Assembly (NCBI RefSeq): GCF_002854065.1
Contig: NZ_CP024147.1
Source: Escherichia coli
Lineage (GTDB): Bacteria > Pseudomonadota > Gammaproteobacteria > Enterobacterales > Enterobacteriaceae
Direction: 5' to 3' (one strand)
DNA: 64,000 bases
This document shows positions 23,333 to 33,734 of the stretch, piece by piece. Position numbers and translations under genes: made by a program. Within the stretch, counting starts at the first letter, position 1. Each line of letters opens with the position of its first letter. The notes beneath the pieces were generated by a model. The model was not told the DNA's origin. It saw only the letters and a list, made by a program, of their open reading frames with translations, and ran no database searches.

Positions 23333-23534
23333 ACCCTCAGGAGTTTCAAATAGCTGTTCTTTTTACGGAAATACTTATGAACTGGCTGGAATAAAGTGCA
23401 AGAAAATGTGACTACCCTAGCATTTTTATCTGACATGATCTGTTGCCACTCGCTGCCAAATTGTGGCGCTAAAGCTGATTAGCACGGTGATATTTGATAC
23501 TCTGGCAGACAGCAGAAATAACGGATTTAACCTA

Positions 23535-23588
23535 ATGATGAATGACGGTAAGCAACAATCTACCTTTTTGTTTCACGATTACGCGCAA
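23535..23588 (+). pseudogene. sbcB: Orphaned native 5' end of sbcB (MMNDGKQQSTFLFHDY...) left at prophage attL; reads into phage DNA and stops after 17 codons
   Basis: Sequence atgatgaatgacggtaagcaacaatctacctttttgtttcacgattacg; shares the 13-bp core tttcacgattacg with the start of intact sbcB at 38811-38823. Confidence 0.7.
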
Positions 23589-23637
23589 CACCCCTGAGAA
23601 CCGCCATGAATAAGGGTTTCATGATTTGTGATTTTAG

Positions 23638-23660
23638 TTTGGTACGCAATTTGGTACACA
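23638..23660. repeat. Direct repeats TTTGGTAC(G/A)C x2, putative integrase arm-type sites (attL side)
   Basis: tttggtacgc 23638-23647 and tttggtacac 23651-23660, same orientation as repeats near int. Confidence 0.5.
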
Positions 23661-24081
23661 ACACAATTTTCACTTCAGCGGGTAGTCATCAAACTCACCA
23701 TAACGAGCATCGTTGATGATGTATGTGATCACCACAAATATCACATCTGGACTAGTTCCGTCTTCATGCGCAGGTATCTGTTCACGCCTCCCTTTCTGCA
23801 AATCCTAAAGATGAGATTTTGGGGTTTTGGGATATCTTTTTATCCTCAGTTCTCTATCCATTCTACAAAGCAGTAATGAACCATCACTATGTGATAGTGA
23901 GGCATCCGCTACATTAAGCGCAGAGAAATGATGCAGTGGTGGTCGGACTGGATTGATGAAAAGGTGTGATCGGTTAGCGCAAGACGAATCACCACCCTCG
24001 CCAGTTTTGAGTTGTTTTGCGCTAATTTTTTACCCCACCTCTGCCCCATCAAAAGAAAACCCGCTCTAGCGGGTTCATGTC

Positions 24082-25152
24082 TCAGGCCTCTTTGCCCTTC
24101 TCTATCGCTGAGGGCTTGTCAGGAAGCAATGCGCTTATACGTCCCTTAAGGTACTTGTACATTCTGACGTCGATGAATGCTGCGTATAAATACGCTAGCA
24201 CTATCGAGACAGCAATCATTTTTACCGCCCCCATAAATGGATCTCCCTCAACAATACCGGTAATCATCACAGGGAAATGGAGAAGGTACAGAGGGAAGCT
24301 GATAAACCCTAAAAACTGGACTGGTGCAGAGTAAAGGAACCGTTTAACCAGGGACTCATCATTCATGTAATCGACAGTTAGCAGGGGAAGAAATGCCACC
24401 ATGTAGAAATAATCCATCCTGTTGGTATGCGAAGGTTGAGCATAGAGCCCGGCAAAGCATACAAACAGACACATAGCCAAAAAAACATTCTTTTGAGGTA
24501 GTTTAGTGAAACTCTCGTACCATTTTAATTTTATGATCGAGTACATACCCGATCCCATCAAAAGACATGATGATGCAAAAACAAAATTGTACATCCCGAA
24601 AAGCTCTGGACTACCGAGCCCTCTGGCAGAAACAACAGCCAGATAAATAAATGCCAAAATAGAAATACATAACCTTGAAAGCGGCCCCATTCTCAAGAAC
24701 AGAACTGGAATCAACATGGACGCCCAAAATTCTATGCTGACACTCCACGAAGGTTCATTTATCAAATTGAATGATAATGGGGTAGACCCATGTATAAATG
24801 CTAAATTCGCTACCCATGTCCTGATACTAAATACGTAATCACCTGGCACATAACCACCATTAAGGCTATTTACGTAGTAAATGATTACCATTATCACTGA
24901 TGATATAAAGGTAAGAGGCCACAGTCTTGCCAGTCTATTCAAAAAATATGACGGGATAGACGCCCCATTTCTTACTGAGTGGGTAAGCACAAATCCCGAT
25001 ATGATGAAAAAATATGCAACAGCCAAGTGAGGGCCGTTGAATGGCCCATCATTTTTCCAACCAGTAACAGCATTGATGGCGTGATTTAGGAGCACTGCGC
25101 ATGCAAAAAGGCCGCGCAAACCATCAACAGCATAGAAGCGTTTAATTTCCAT
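24082..25152 (-). CDS. Acyltransferase family 3 membrane protein (OafA/Oac-like); candidate lysogenic-conversion O-acetyltransferase
   Basis: 356-aa multi-pass membrane ORF, N-terminal motif YAVDGLRGLFACAVLLNH typical of acyltransferase-3; AT-rich; sits at prophage end after the tail fibre gene; hairpin terminator 24057-24076. Confidence 0.7.
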   Translation of the reverse strand: MEIKRFYAVDGLRGLFACAVLLNHAINAVTGWKNDGPFNGPHLAVAYFFIISGFVLTHSVRNGASIPSYFLNRLARLWPLTFISSVIMVIIYYVNSLNGGYVPGDYVFSIRTWVANLAFIHGSTPLSFNLINEPSWSVSIEFWASMLIPVLFLRMGPLSRLCISILAFIYLAVVSARGLGSPELFGMYNFVFASSCLLMGSGMYSIIKLKWYESFTKLPQKNVFLAMCLFVCFAGLYAQPSHTNRMDYFYMVAFLPLLTVDYMNDESLVKRFLYSAPVQFLGFISFPLYLLHFPVMITGIVEGDPFMGAVKMIAVSIVLAYLYAAFIDVRMYKYLKGRISALLPDKPSAIEKGKEA

Positions 25153-25271
25153 AACAATTTATTTAAAAAAAGAAAAATTATACTAGAAATATATCATCAA
25201 CATCTATGCCATTGATGATTAAGTGATGGTTGTCACGGTTTTGTGTTTCTGGCTGGAATGCTGGCAGTGCT

Positions 25272-25460
25272 TTACTCGCTTGACTCAGGATCGGTGAATA
25301 CTCCATCTTCATAAATCCATCCAATTCTGCATGGTATTCCGTCTATTTTAACAACCTGATAATCATCAAAAATATGCCCCTCACCATCCCATATAACAAT
25401 ATTTACAACTATTCCATCTGTAATTAATGCATATCTCATGCAAACTCCTCCACAAGACAA
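25272..25460 (-). CDS. Small hypothetical phage protein downstream of tail fibre gene (possible tail-fibre assembly remnant)
   Basis: 62-aa ORF only; position where a tail-fibre chaperone is expected. Confidence 0.3.
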   Translation of the reverse strand: MSCGGVCMRYALITDGIVVNIVIWDGEGHIFDDYQVVKIDGIPCRIGWIYEDGVFTDPESSE

Positions 25461-26362
25461 ATACCATCAGCACCTTCACCACCATAAAAACGCGTGGAGA
25501 AGACCTGCGTGTCATATGCGCCAGCGCCGCCACCGCCAGGGACTAATGCTTTCGCAATTCTCGGTGAATATACAGTACACTGCCCCGCTCTTCGGCTGCC
25601 ACCCCAAAAGCTTGAACCGCCGTACCCATTAAGGAACCTAGTATTATTTTGGCCATCTCCGCCATCTCCGCCGGCTAGATTTACATCACCACCAGACCCG
25701 GCAACTCCAACGCCGCCTGATGCATATACAGTGGAAGCAGTGGACGGGTTTCCGCCTGTGGCAACCATCCCACTAAATGTTGAGTTACCGCCTTTTGTTG
25801 CCTCAGTTCCGCCAGCACCGATAACCACGGCAAAGTTTGTGATGTCAGCAATATTGAACCATTTGATACCTGTAGCGCCTGCAGCCCCCCCAGCACCGGA
25901 AAAGTTATCGGTTGGGGAACCACTATTAAAAGCGCCACCTCCGCCACCACCCCCTCCCGTTAGAGTTACTTTGATGCGCTTCGTCAGCGGGTTTAGCGTT
26001 ACTGTTTTTGATGAGGTGATCCACTGCTCGGCAATCTTCCTACCTACGTATCCGTTGGTATCTCCCAAATCAAGGTTTGCGAGAGCCGTTTTCACCGTGC
26101 CATCCGATTTGATATCGCCAAACGGATTCTTGCGGCTTAACAGCAGAGCACGAAGCGCGGTAAGCAACTGGTCGTGCCGCGCCTTCTCCAGACTGGCACC
26201 AGATGCCTCAACAACGCTACAAAGTTCTTCCTGCAACATGTCAAAGTAGTCATCATCCAGATCGGTGGCAGGCGTGCCAGTCTGGGGGTTACCACGGGTA
26301 AAACCGTTCTTACCCGCGCCGAACTTATCCTTCTGCGCGGTTTTCGTGTCTATACGATGCAT
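25436..26362 (-). CDS. Phage tail fibre protein, glycine-rich
   Basis: 308-aa ORF with poly-Gly/GGxGG repeats and conserved tail-fibre N-terminus; follows baseplate genes. Confidence 0.65.
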   Translation of the reverse strand: MHRIDTKTAQKDKFGAGKNGFTRGNPQTGTPATDLDDDYFDMLQEELCSVVEASGASLEKARHDQLLTALRALLLSRKNPFGDIKSDGTVKTALANLDLGDTNGYVGRKIAEQWITSSKTVTLNPLTKRIKVTLTGGGGGGGGAFNSGSPTDNFSGAGGAAGATGIKWFNIADITNFAVVIGAGGTEATKGGNSTFSGMVATGGNPSTASTVYASGGVGVAGSGGDVNLAGGDGGDGQNNTRFLNGYGGSSFWGGSRRAGQCTVYSPRIAKALVPGGGGAGAYDTQVFSTRFYGGEGADGICLVEEFA

Positions 26363-26365
26363 GGA

Positions 26366-26950
26366 TTACTCCGGATATTTAAAAATTACGTAGGTATGCG
26401 ACGGGCAGAGTTTGTTAAGCACACACTCGACAACGGTGTCGCCCCAGATACGCAGTGCGGAATCACAGGGATCGCCACATGTCATCCAGGTGGTGTTGGT
26501 GGTGGTTGGCATGTTGACATGCCAGTAATACCGCCATTCCGGCGCATTCACCGCGTCAGTACAGGCCGATGAGCAGGTGAACGTGCTTTTGTCGTATCGC
26601 GTGATGGTGGCATCTGGTCTGCCCAGGGCAGCAAGCTGTGCAAGATAAAAATCCTCGTTGATGCCGCCCGCCAGGTTAACCTTCGCATCCAGCCGTTGCT
26701 GACGCTGGCGAAGGGTCTGCGTTCCCGCCGGAATACATTCATCCGGCAGACCGCACAGACGCTCCCAGCGGTTTATCAGTTCAGTGGTGGTGCGCGGATC
26801 CAGCTCCCGCATCAGGGCATCCGCACGCTGATGAACACGGGTTAATGACGGTGCCGCACCGGCAATCGCCGGATCGCTGGCTGACCACGCCGGACCGGGC
26901 GGCAACAGTGCCGATAACAGGCGGATGTAATCATCGTTTGTCACGTCCAT
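26366..26950 (-). CDS. Phage tail protein (Mu gp48 / YmfQ-like, DUF2313)
   Basis: 194-aa ORF in tail module between baseplate J and tail fibre. Confidence 0.5.
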   Translation of the reverse strand: MDVTNDDYIRLLSALLPPGPAWSASDPAIAGAAPSLTRVHQRADALMRELDPRTTTELINRWERLCGLPDECIPAGTQTLRQRQQRLDAKVNLAGGINEDFYLAQLAALGRPDATITRYDKSTFTCSSACTDAVNAPEWRYYWHVNMPTTTNTTWMTCGDPCDSALRIWGDTVVECVLNKLCPSHTYVIFKYPE

Positions 26951-27999
26951 GAAATCGTCCCCAGTACCGCCAGTTCGTTTTTCGCAATGGAGATATTGTC
27001 CACCGGTGCAAGCAACTGATGGCTGTATTCCCCGTTCGCACCGGAAATCGCCTCACTGATACGCGACACCTTCAGTTCTCCCTGCGGATAACCATCACGC
27101 AGCAGGAACGAACGCAACTCCGCGGTGATGGCAGCCCGTATTTCCGGTGTATCCGGCGTCACGCGGATATGAAAATCCACCGTATGTGCCACCGGCCTGA
27201 ACACATACAAGTCAGAACCTGCCACCGGGGCCAGTGGCCCGATATGTTGTATTGCCGCCGTTTCCGTTGATTCTTCCGGAATGGGATTAATCAGGTCACT
27301 GCTGGCAATCATCACACCGACAGTTCCCGTTCCCATCCAGTGACGGTATGTCCATGCGCGGGTAATGCCGGGCACTTCTTTAGCCCAGACGACATAGTCC
27401 CCGTCAGCCCCGCCCTGCGGCGTCCAGTAATACCGCTCAATGACGCGGGCGCGCCACGTTTCCAGATCTTCAGTATCGAATCCGCCAGTCAGGGTATCTG
27501 CAACACCGGAAGACGGCAGACCATTCACCGGCGTGACTAGGATTAATGCCGTACCGTCGTCAGCGTTACCGACCGCGCCTGCATTTGAGCAAGTGATCGG
27601 CACACGCAGGACACCACCGGAGCTGGTTGCATCGGCAGTTGCCGTGTACTGAACCAGGTCATCGCGCTGAATCACGCTCCCGGCAGTCACCTTCAGGCCA
27701 TCGCTGACACCTTCCCAGCGCATATACCCGCTGGCAGCCGTGGCCCCCTTGCGCGGACACCGTTTCATCGCAGCATGTCGCGCCAGCCAGGACTCATCGC
27801 ACAGGTCAGGCAGCATATTCATTGCCAGATAATCGATGTACCCGTAGACCGTATGCAGCGCCGCCGCATACACCTTTGCCCGCACGTCTTCATCCATGCG
27901 CCGGAGCGTGTTGCTGACGTCCAGCCTGGCGAATAAATCGTTACGGAGCATACTGATATTTTCTGCCAGCGTCGGGCGCTGAAATTCACTGTCCGCCAT
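26941..27999 (-). CDS. Baseplate J-like protein (Mu gp47-like)
   Basis: 352-aa ORF, position and size in Mu-like baseplate module. Confidence 0.55.
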   Translation of the reverse strand: MADSEFQRPTLAENISMLRNDLFARLDVSNTLRRMDEDVRAKVYAAALHTVYGYIDYLAMNMLPDLCDESWLARHAAMKRCPRKGATAASGYMRWEGVSDGLKVTAGSVIQRDDLVQYTATADATSSGGVLRVPITCSNAGAVGNADDGTALILVTPVNGLPSSGVADTLTGGFDTEDLETWRARVIERYYWTPQGGADGDYVVWAKEVPGITRAWTYRHWMGTGTVGVMIASSDLINPIPEESTETAAIQHIGPLAPVAGSDLYVFRPVAHTVDFHIRVTPDTPEIRAAITAELRSFLLRDGYPQGELKVSRISEAISGANGEYSHQLLAPVDNISIAKNELAVLGTISWT

Positions 28000-28414
28000 G
28001 CGTTATCGCACTCCACAGATCATCAAAAGAAATCATTACCGGTCCGTCACGACGCCAGAGAGTGATACTGTTACCCAGTTCATTAATCCCGGTACGGCGG
28101 ATATCCAGATCAATACGGGACACCACGCCGTCATCAATCATCCATTGCAGGCATTCGCGGATATATCCCCTTACCGTCTGCACCAGCTGATTGGTCAGTT
28201 TGCTGCGCTGAAGCAGCCACAGTCGGGAGCCGTAACGGTCATTCTGTACCGCAGGCCAGGTATCCCCCCACCATCCCATCGGGACGTCGGCGTTGTCATC
28301 AGGCTCCGCCCGCCGCCAGGTAAACAGGGAAATCACCACGGCGCGGGTCAGCGGATCCAGCGGTGCGCTGGCGCAGGTGCGTTTACCGTTCACCGTCAGC
28401 CACAGTTCCATCAT
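27986..28414 (-). CDS. Phage baseplate protein (Mu gp46-like)
   Basis: 142-aa ORF overlapping neighbours, as in Mu-like baseplate operons. Confidence 0.5.
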   Translation of the reverse strand: MMELWLTVNGKRTCASAPLDPLTRAVVISLFTWRRAEPDDNADVPMGWWGDTWPAVQNDRYGSRLWLLQRSKLTNQLVQTVRGYIRECLQWMIDDGVVSRIDLDIRRTGINELGNSITLWRRDGPVMISFDDLWSAITHGGQ

Positions 28415-28959
28415 GCCTCCATCGCTTTATCAGGTTTGTCGGTGTTACTGCCCTGACCGTTCTCTCTGTGACGATGCCCGTTATAGGCAAGCCGCATCGC
28501 TGACATGGTGGTGCCGCCGGAGTCGCACAGGTCTTTCACCTGTCCGGTCACTTCCAGGTCCATTTCAAAACGTGCTTTAGGTGAATTGCGAAACGTGATC
28601 GTTTTACCTGCACCGTCCACCACGATCCCCTCCCGGGTCAGCGTCACGGACTGCCCCTGATCGTCATAGACAGCCACCTCACCCGTCTGCAGCCCTTTCA
28701 GGCGGTAGCGCCGGTCCGACACCGTAACAACCACCGCATGAGAACGGTCGCCATCCGGAAACAACACCACCGCTTCCGCACCGCTGTTTGCCCTTGCGGT
28801 AAAACCGTAGGGTTCAAGATGTTCAACCCCGGCTTTGGGTTCACCGGCAATCAGGGACACATCCACGGTCTGACATTTCGTGGCGGCACTGATGCTTTTC
28901 ACCACGGCCCGCCCAATCAGGCCGAGGAGTTGTCGCTGCATGGCTTCAATCGTCCTCAT
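28411..28959 (-). CDS. Baseplate assembly protein V / spike (Mu gp45-like)
   Basis: 182-aa ORF; position in module. Confidence 0.5.
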   Translation of the reverse strand: MRTIEAMQRQLLGLIGRAVVKSISAATKCQTVDVSLIAGEPKAGVEHLEPYGFTARANSGAEAVVLFPDGDRSHAVVVTVSDRRYRLKGLQTGEVAVYDDQGQSVTLTREGIVVDGAGKTITFRNSPKARFEMDLEVTGQVKDLCDSGGTTMSAMRLAYNGHRHRENGQGSNTDKPDKAMEA

Positions 28960-30038
28960 CAGAACGGGTCCTCCTGTACTCTGGCTTTTTTCTTTTTCCG
29001 CGCGCCGGGGGCTTCGGGTTCAGGCAGATAAGCATCAGGTGGGCCGACACGGATTTCCGTCAGGGTGCCGTTCTGGTCCTGAGTAAACGTGACTTCCGAA
29101 ACAAGCAGTTCGGTATTGTCGAAACCACAGACCGGATCAAAGACAATCACCCGCTGGTTGGGCTGCCACAGCGTACCGTTACACTGTCGCCAGCCCTGCA
29201 CCACATAGGTGGTTTCATCCGTCCGCGCCGCCCGTTGTCTGGCTTCAAAGTCCGCACGGGCAATACAGCCTGCCCCCGTAGCCTGCCCTGTCTGCCTGAT
29301 ATACATCGGACGGTAACGGGCAATAAATGCGTCCTCTGTGCGGGCCCGCAGCGCGGTGGTGGTGGCCTCACCGAAATCATCGTCGTTTCCGGCACGCTGC
29401 CCCGCCACCTGGTAAACAGAAAACCGCTCCCGGATACTCTTCTCCGTATCGCAGGAAAGGATGTTTTCCCCGAGTACCAGCGCAGTATGTGCCCGAGTTG
29501 AGCCAATACCGCCAATCACCAGCCTGCCGTGCGGGTCGTCGTAAGCCAGTGCCTGCTGCTGACCGAGTATTTTGTTGATTACCTCAATCACCGTTTCACC
29601 GTGATCAGGCTGAACATCAGGAATAACACCCGACGGCGCACCGCTGTTCACCACCTCAATGCCGAAAGGCGCAGCAAGCGCCTGCGCAATCTGCACCAGC
29701 GAGCGTCCGTTAAACTGTGTCGGTTCGGCTGCACAGTCAATCAGGTCAGCCGTCAGACTACGTCCGACAATACCGGTGCTGACCGAACGGGAATCGTAAC
29801 GAACGGGCGTCGCCTCCACCCAGCCGGTGATCACCAGCTCATCACCAATCAGCACTTCCACTTTTGAACCGTTTTTAATGCGCGGCTGAAGCGTGGTGAT
29901 ACCCTCATCTCCCGGCCACTGGCGGGTGATCTCCACACTGAAATCCCGCGCCAGCCGTTCAATACCGGCACCGATGCGCACCGATGTCCAGCCATTCCAC
30001 TCCCGGCCATTTACCCGTAGCGTGACATTGTCGTTCAT
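28959..30038 (-). CDS. Phage tail protein (Mu gp44 / P2 gpD-like)
   Basis: 359-aa ORF; position between DNA-circulation and baseplate genes. Confidence 0.5.
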   Translation of the reverse strand: MNDNVTLRVNGREWNGWTSVRIGAGIERLARDFSVEITRQWPGDEGITTLQPRIKNGSKVEVLIGDELVITGWVEATPVRYDSRSVSTGIVGRSLTADLIDCAAEPTQFNGRSLVQIAQALAAPFGIEVVNSGAPSGVIPDVQPDHGETVIEVINKILGQQQALAYDDPHGRLVIGGIGSTRAHTALVLGENILSCDTEKSIRERFSVYQVAGQRAGNDDDFGEATTTALRARTEDAFIARYRPMYIRQTGQATGAGCIARADFEARQRAARTDETTYVVQGWRQCNGTLWQPNQRVIVFDPVCGFDNTELLVSEVTFTQDQNGTLTEIRVGPPDAYLPEPEAPGARKKKKARVQEDPF

Positions 30039-31375
30039 TGCACTGGCACCTTCAGAGGGATCACCGGCACAAAGCCGGGATGCGTAATGGCATTACGCCG
30101 GATAATGTCCGCGTCACGCGCCGCGTTATCAAACCAGGTCGCCGCCAGCACCAGCGCGGGTAAAACCTCATCCGGTGTGCGCTGAATGATCCGTGCAGAC
30201 TGTTCAAGGCGCGTGTTGATATCCGCATTCAGATCTGCTTTCACCCGGCGCAGCGCCAGAAACAGCGCATCACTGGTTGTACGGGACAACTCCTTATCAA
30301 TTGCCGTATTCAGTGTGTCGCGAATGTCAGTCAGTTCTTCCCACGTCGGCAGGTCAACCGTGTTTTTCACCGCCGGTGCATTGTTCAGTGCCGGATGCGT
30401 GACGGAAGGCCAGCCAGTGCTCTGCGCGGGTGTTGTTGCCTGCCCCACTGCGGCATTCTGCATCACCGCGGAAGTTGTTGGCGCAGGCAATCGGGTGACG
30501 GCATACGCCGCTTCGCTGATTGCGGTCGTACGAAGGGTGCTGGCAACCACGTTACGCTGCTGCGTCGCCGTGGCGGTGGTTTTACTGTCCGTTTTCCAGA
30601 CGCCGCGCGGTTGCAGATCGCTGCCGAGGCTGACACCGGAAAGCGTTTTGATCATGGTGACCAGGTCGCTGGCGTTACCATAAAGGCGTTTCCCGGTACG
30701 CCACATTTTCTGCACCTGCTCAACGAAATTTTTGCCTGACGATGGCGGCGGCAGAAGTACCGAGATATCCCCCTGCAACAGCCTGGCGGCATCCGATACG
30801 GCAGAATCCACCACTTTCATCGCATCAGAAACATACCCCAGCATTATGCTGGCATTACCGATAACGTCGTTCTGCACGAAATCCGCAACACCATCGATAC
30901 TGAAACCGCTGAAGCTGTCACTGATGCAGTCATCCAGTGCAGAACAGGATGACATCAGCGTCTGCGCCGTCGCCGCACCTGATGTGGGGTAAGAGAGTTC
31001 TCCTGCTTCGACAAACTTCAGGTCAAAGCGGACAATACGCCCTTCACTTTTCGATGTGCTGACCCGAACTTCCCCGTCAACACAGACTTTCAGCTCACCA
31101 TATGTCGGGTGGACAAGCGTGCCTGGACCGGGTTTATTCAGCGCGTCAATCAGGCGATCGCGCTGGTCAAAGCAGTCATCTCCCACCACATAAGCTGTGA
31201 TGGACGGGCGGAAAGTGATTTTCCCCAGGTCTTCGGTATAGGGTTTGTCGCGGTTTGGGTATTCATGCGTTTCAACCCGACGTCCTACCGGGGCCCCTTC
31301 ATCTTCTACCTTGAACGGAACGCCGCGAAACGACGCTTCAACCAGTCTGTCTTTCCACGCCATTGTCTGCACCAA
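30035..31375 (-). CDS. Phage DNA circulation protein (Mu gp43 / N-like)
   Basis: 446-aa ORF; the expected upstream tape-measure/sheath/head genes are missing, replaced by IS1. Confidence 0.5.
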   Translation of the reverse strand: MVQTMAWKDRLVEASFRGVPFKVEDEGAPVGRRVETHEYPNRDKPYTEDLGKITFRPSITAYVVGDDCFDQRDRLIDALNKPGPGTLVHPTYGELKVCVDGEVRVSTSKSEGRIVRFDLKFVEAGELSYPTSGAATAQTLMSSCSALDDCISDSFSGFSIDGVADFVQNDVIGNASIMLGYVSDAMKVVDSAVSDAARLLQGDISVLLPPPSSGKNFVEQVQKMWRTGKRLYGNASDLVTMIKTLSGVSLGSDLQPRGVWKTDSKTTATATQQRNVVASTLRTTAISEAAYAVTRLPAPTTSAVMQNAAVGQATTPAQSTGWPSVTHPALNNAPAVKNTVDLPTWEELTDIRDTLNTAIDKELSRTTSDALFLALRRVKADLNADINTRLEQSARIIQRTPDEVLPALVLAATWFDNAARDADIIRRNAITHPGFVPVIPLKVPVQ

Positions 31376-31534
31376 TATGATTTGTTATAAGCTACTCTGT
31401 TTCAGACGCTTCTTTCGAAGCGCCAGAGAACATTTACCTTTAAGGAGAGGTATAAATGGAAATGTTTTTGCCGTTAATACTGGGTTTGTTGCTAGCCGTT
31501 TTCATAGGACGGTGGGCTTGGTAATGACTCCAAC

Positions 31535-32038
31535 TTATTGATAGTGTTTTATGTTCAGATAATGCCCGATGACTTTGTCATGCAGCTCCACCGATTTTGA
31601 GAACGACAGCGACTTCCGTCCCAGCCGTGCCAGGTGCTGCCTCAGATTCAGGTTATGCCGCTCAATTCGCTGCGTATATCGCTTGCTGATTACGTGCAGC
31701 TTTCCCTTCAGGCGGGATTCATACAGCGGCCAGCCATCCGTCATCCATATCACCACGTCAAAGGGTGACAGCAGGCTCATAAGACGCCCCAGCGTCGCCA
31801 TAGTGCGTTCACCGAATACGTGCGCAACAACCGTCTTCCGGAGCCTGTCATACGCATAAAACAGCCAGCGCTGGCGCGATTTAGCCCCGACATAGCCCCA
31901 CTGTTCGTCCATTTCCGCGCAGACGATGACGTCACTGCCCGGCTGTATGCGCGAGGTTACCGACTGCGGCCTGAGTTTTTTAAGTGACGTAAAATCGTGT
32001 TGAGGCCAACGCCCATAATGCGGGCAGTTGCCCGGCAT
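31535..32038 (-). CDS. insB: IS1 transposase InsB
   Basis: 167-aa ORF. Confidence 0.9.
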
Positions 32039-32232
32039 CCAACGCCATTCATGGCCATATCAATGATTTTCTGGTGCGTACCGGGTTGAGAAGCGGTGTA
32101 AGTGAACTGCAGTTGCCATGTTTTACGGCAGTGAGAGCAGAGATAGCGCTGATGTCCGGCGGTGCTTTTGCCGTTACGCACCACCCCGTCAGTAGCTGAA
32201 CAGGAGGGACAGCTGATAGAAACAGAAGCCAC
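31957..32232 (-). CDS. insA: IS1 InsA
   Basis: 91-aa ORF. Confidence 0.9.
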
Positions 32233-32327
32233 TGGAGCACCTCAAAAACACCATCATACACTAAATCAGTAAGTTGGCAGCATCACCCGTCAGATGAAAG
32301 AATTAATCGGTAACGAAGGAGATATTC

Positions 32328-32498
32328 ATGTCACTTGCAACCACAGTGAAGGAGAGCAAGTTACAGAGACGCATGTACACGCAGAAAGCTCTCTGGTATC
32401 GCCATAATGGCGACCGCGAAGGAATGCGGGTATGCCTTAATTTGTCCCGAGTCGAAGTATTAAATCAGCGTTATTTCCTTGGGCCGTGTCCATTCTGA
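32328..32498 (+). CDS. Small hypothetical phage protein (56 aa), not in ORF track
   Basis: ATG at 32328 preceded by GAAGGAG RBS; translated by hand MSLATTVKESKLQRRMYTQKALWYRHNGDREGMRVCLNLSRVEVLNQRYFLGPCPF; directly upstream of recombination genes. Confidence 0.4.
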   Translation: MSLATTVKESKLQRRMYTQKALWYRHNGDREGMRVCLNLSRVEVLNQRYFLGPCPF

Positions 32499-32506
32499 GG
32501 TGAATT

Positions 32507-33214
32507 ATGGATTTGAATAAATTCGATGAGCCATTCAGCCCTGAAGATATCGAATGGCGAATACAGCAAAGCGGTAAAACACGCGATGGCAAGGTGTGGG
32601 CTATGGTGCTGGCTTATGTAACGAACCGGGCAATCATGAAACGCCTGAACGATGTTTGCGGCAAAGCAGGATGGCGCAATGAATACCGCGATATTCCCAA
32701 CAACGGCGGAGTTGAATGCGGCATATCAATCAGGATTGATTCCGAATGGGTAACCAAATGGGATGCTGCTGAAAACACGCAGGTAGAAGCCGTCAAAGGT
32801 GGTCGTTCCGGCGCAATGAAGCGCGCTGCCGTTCAATGGGGAATCGGTCGGTATCTGTATAACCTTGAGGAAGGTTTCGCACAAACATCTCTCGATAAAA
32901 AGCAGGGGTGGCACAGGGCAAAACTGAAGGATGGAACAGGATTTTACTGGCTCCCTCCATCGCTGCCGGGATGGGCAATACCAGCATCAGATAACAAACC
33001 ATCACCAGAAAATACCAACCAGAAATCTCCATCGGTTGACTGCGAACAAATCCTGAAAGACTTCAGCGATTATGCATCAACAGAAACTGACAAGAAAAAA
33101 CTCATCGAGCGTTATCAGCGTGACTGGCAATTAATGGCTGGCAACGAGGAGGCGCAGGCTAAATGCGTTCAGGTAATGAGCATCAGAGTTAACGAACTAA
33201 AACAGGCGGCATAA
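32507..33214 (+). CDS. Rad52/Rad22-type single-strand annealing protein (phage recombinase)
   Basis: 235-aa ORF immediately upstream of a phage SSB gene; sequence resembles Rad52-family phage proteins. Confidence 0.55.
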   Translation: MDLNKFDEPFSPEDIEWRIQQSGKTRDGKVWAMVLAYVTNRAIMKRLNDVCGKAGWRNEYRDIPNNGGVECGISIRIDSEWVTKWDAAENTQVEAVKGGRSGAMKRAAVQWGIGRYLYNLEEGFAQTSLDKKQGWHRAKLKDGTGFYWLPPSLPGWAIPASDNKPSPENTNQKSPSVDCEQILKDFSDYASTETDKKKLIERYQRDWQLMAGNEEAQAKCVQVMSIRVNELKQAA

Positions 33215-33721
33215 ATGGCAAGCAGAGGCGTAAATAAGGTGATTATCCTTGGTCGGGTAGGACAAGACCCGGAAGTTCGATACTCACCATCAGGAACAGC
33301 GTTCGCTAACCTGACAATAGCCACGTCAGAACAATGGCGAGATAAAAATACTGGCGAGCAAAAGGAATTGACTGAATGGCATCGTGTTGCTGTATCCGGG
33401 AAACTGGCTGAGGTCGTGGGGCAGTATGTGAAAAAAGGTGATCAGATTTATTTCGAGGGAATGCTGAGAACCAGAAAGTGGAAAGACCAGTCAGGGCAAG
33501 ACCGTTACACAACCGAGGTTCATGTCGGAATTAATGGCGTGATGCAAATGCTTGGCGGCATTGGCGACAGCAAACAACAAGCAGCCAGCAGGCAATCACA
33601 GAAGCCACAGCAGCAATCATCACCAGCACAACACAACGAACCTCCGATGGATTTTGACGACGATATACCCTTTGCACCAGTAACTCTCCCCTTCCCTCGT
33701 CACGCTATTCACGCAATTTAA
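33215..33721 (+). CDS. ssb: Single-stranded DNA-binding protein (phage SSB)
   Basis: 168-aa ORF with OB-fold N-terminus ([18 protein letters not shown]...) and acidic C-terminal tail DFDDDIPF. Confidence 0.85.
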   Translation: MASRGVNKVIILGRVGQDPEVRYSPSGTAFANLTIATSEQWRDKNTGEQKELTEWHRVAVSGKLAEVVGQYVKKGDQIYFEGMLRTRKWKDQSGQDRYTTEVHVGINGVMQMLGGIGDSKQQAASRQSQKPQQQSSPAQHNEPPMDFDDDIPFAPVTLPFPRHAIHAI

Positions 33722-33734
33722 TCAGGAGAAAATC

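Larger units (their letters stand above)
31520..32287 (-). mobile_element. IS1: IS1 copy 2 (768 bp), no target site duplication (flanks ggtgggctt / cgtcagatg)
   Basis: Complete IS1 with both terminal repeats; 9-mers on the two sides differ; variant InsB ([21 protein letters not shown]). Confidence 0.9.

Noticed and set aside
25494-26249. 251-aa proline-rich ORF on plus strand
   Set aside because: Reverse-frame artefact of the glycine-rich tail fibre gene (GGN codons read as Pro codons on the other strand).
31456-31524. 22-codon hydrophobic ORF (MEMFLPLILGLLLAVFIGRWAW) ending exactly at the IS1 boundary
   Set aside because: Too short, no clear RBS, and its stop codon is created by the IS1 terminal sequence; probably a remnant of deleted phage sequence.
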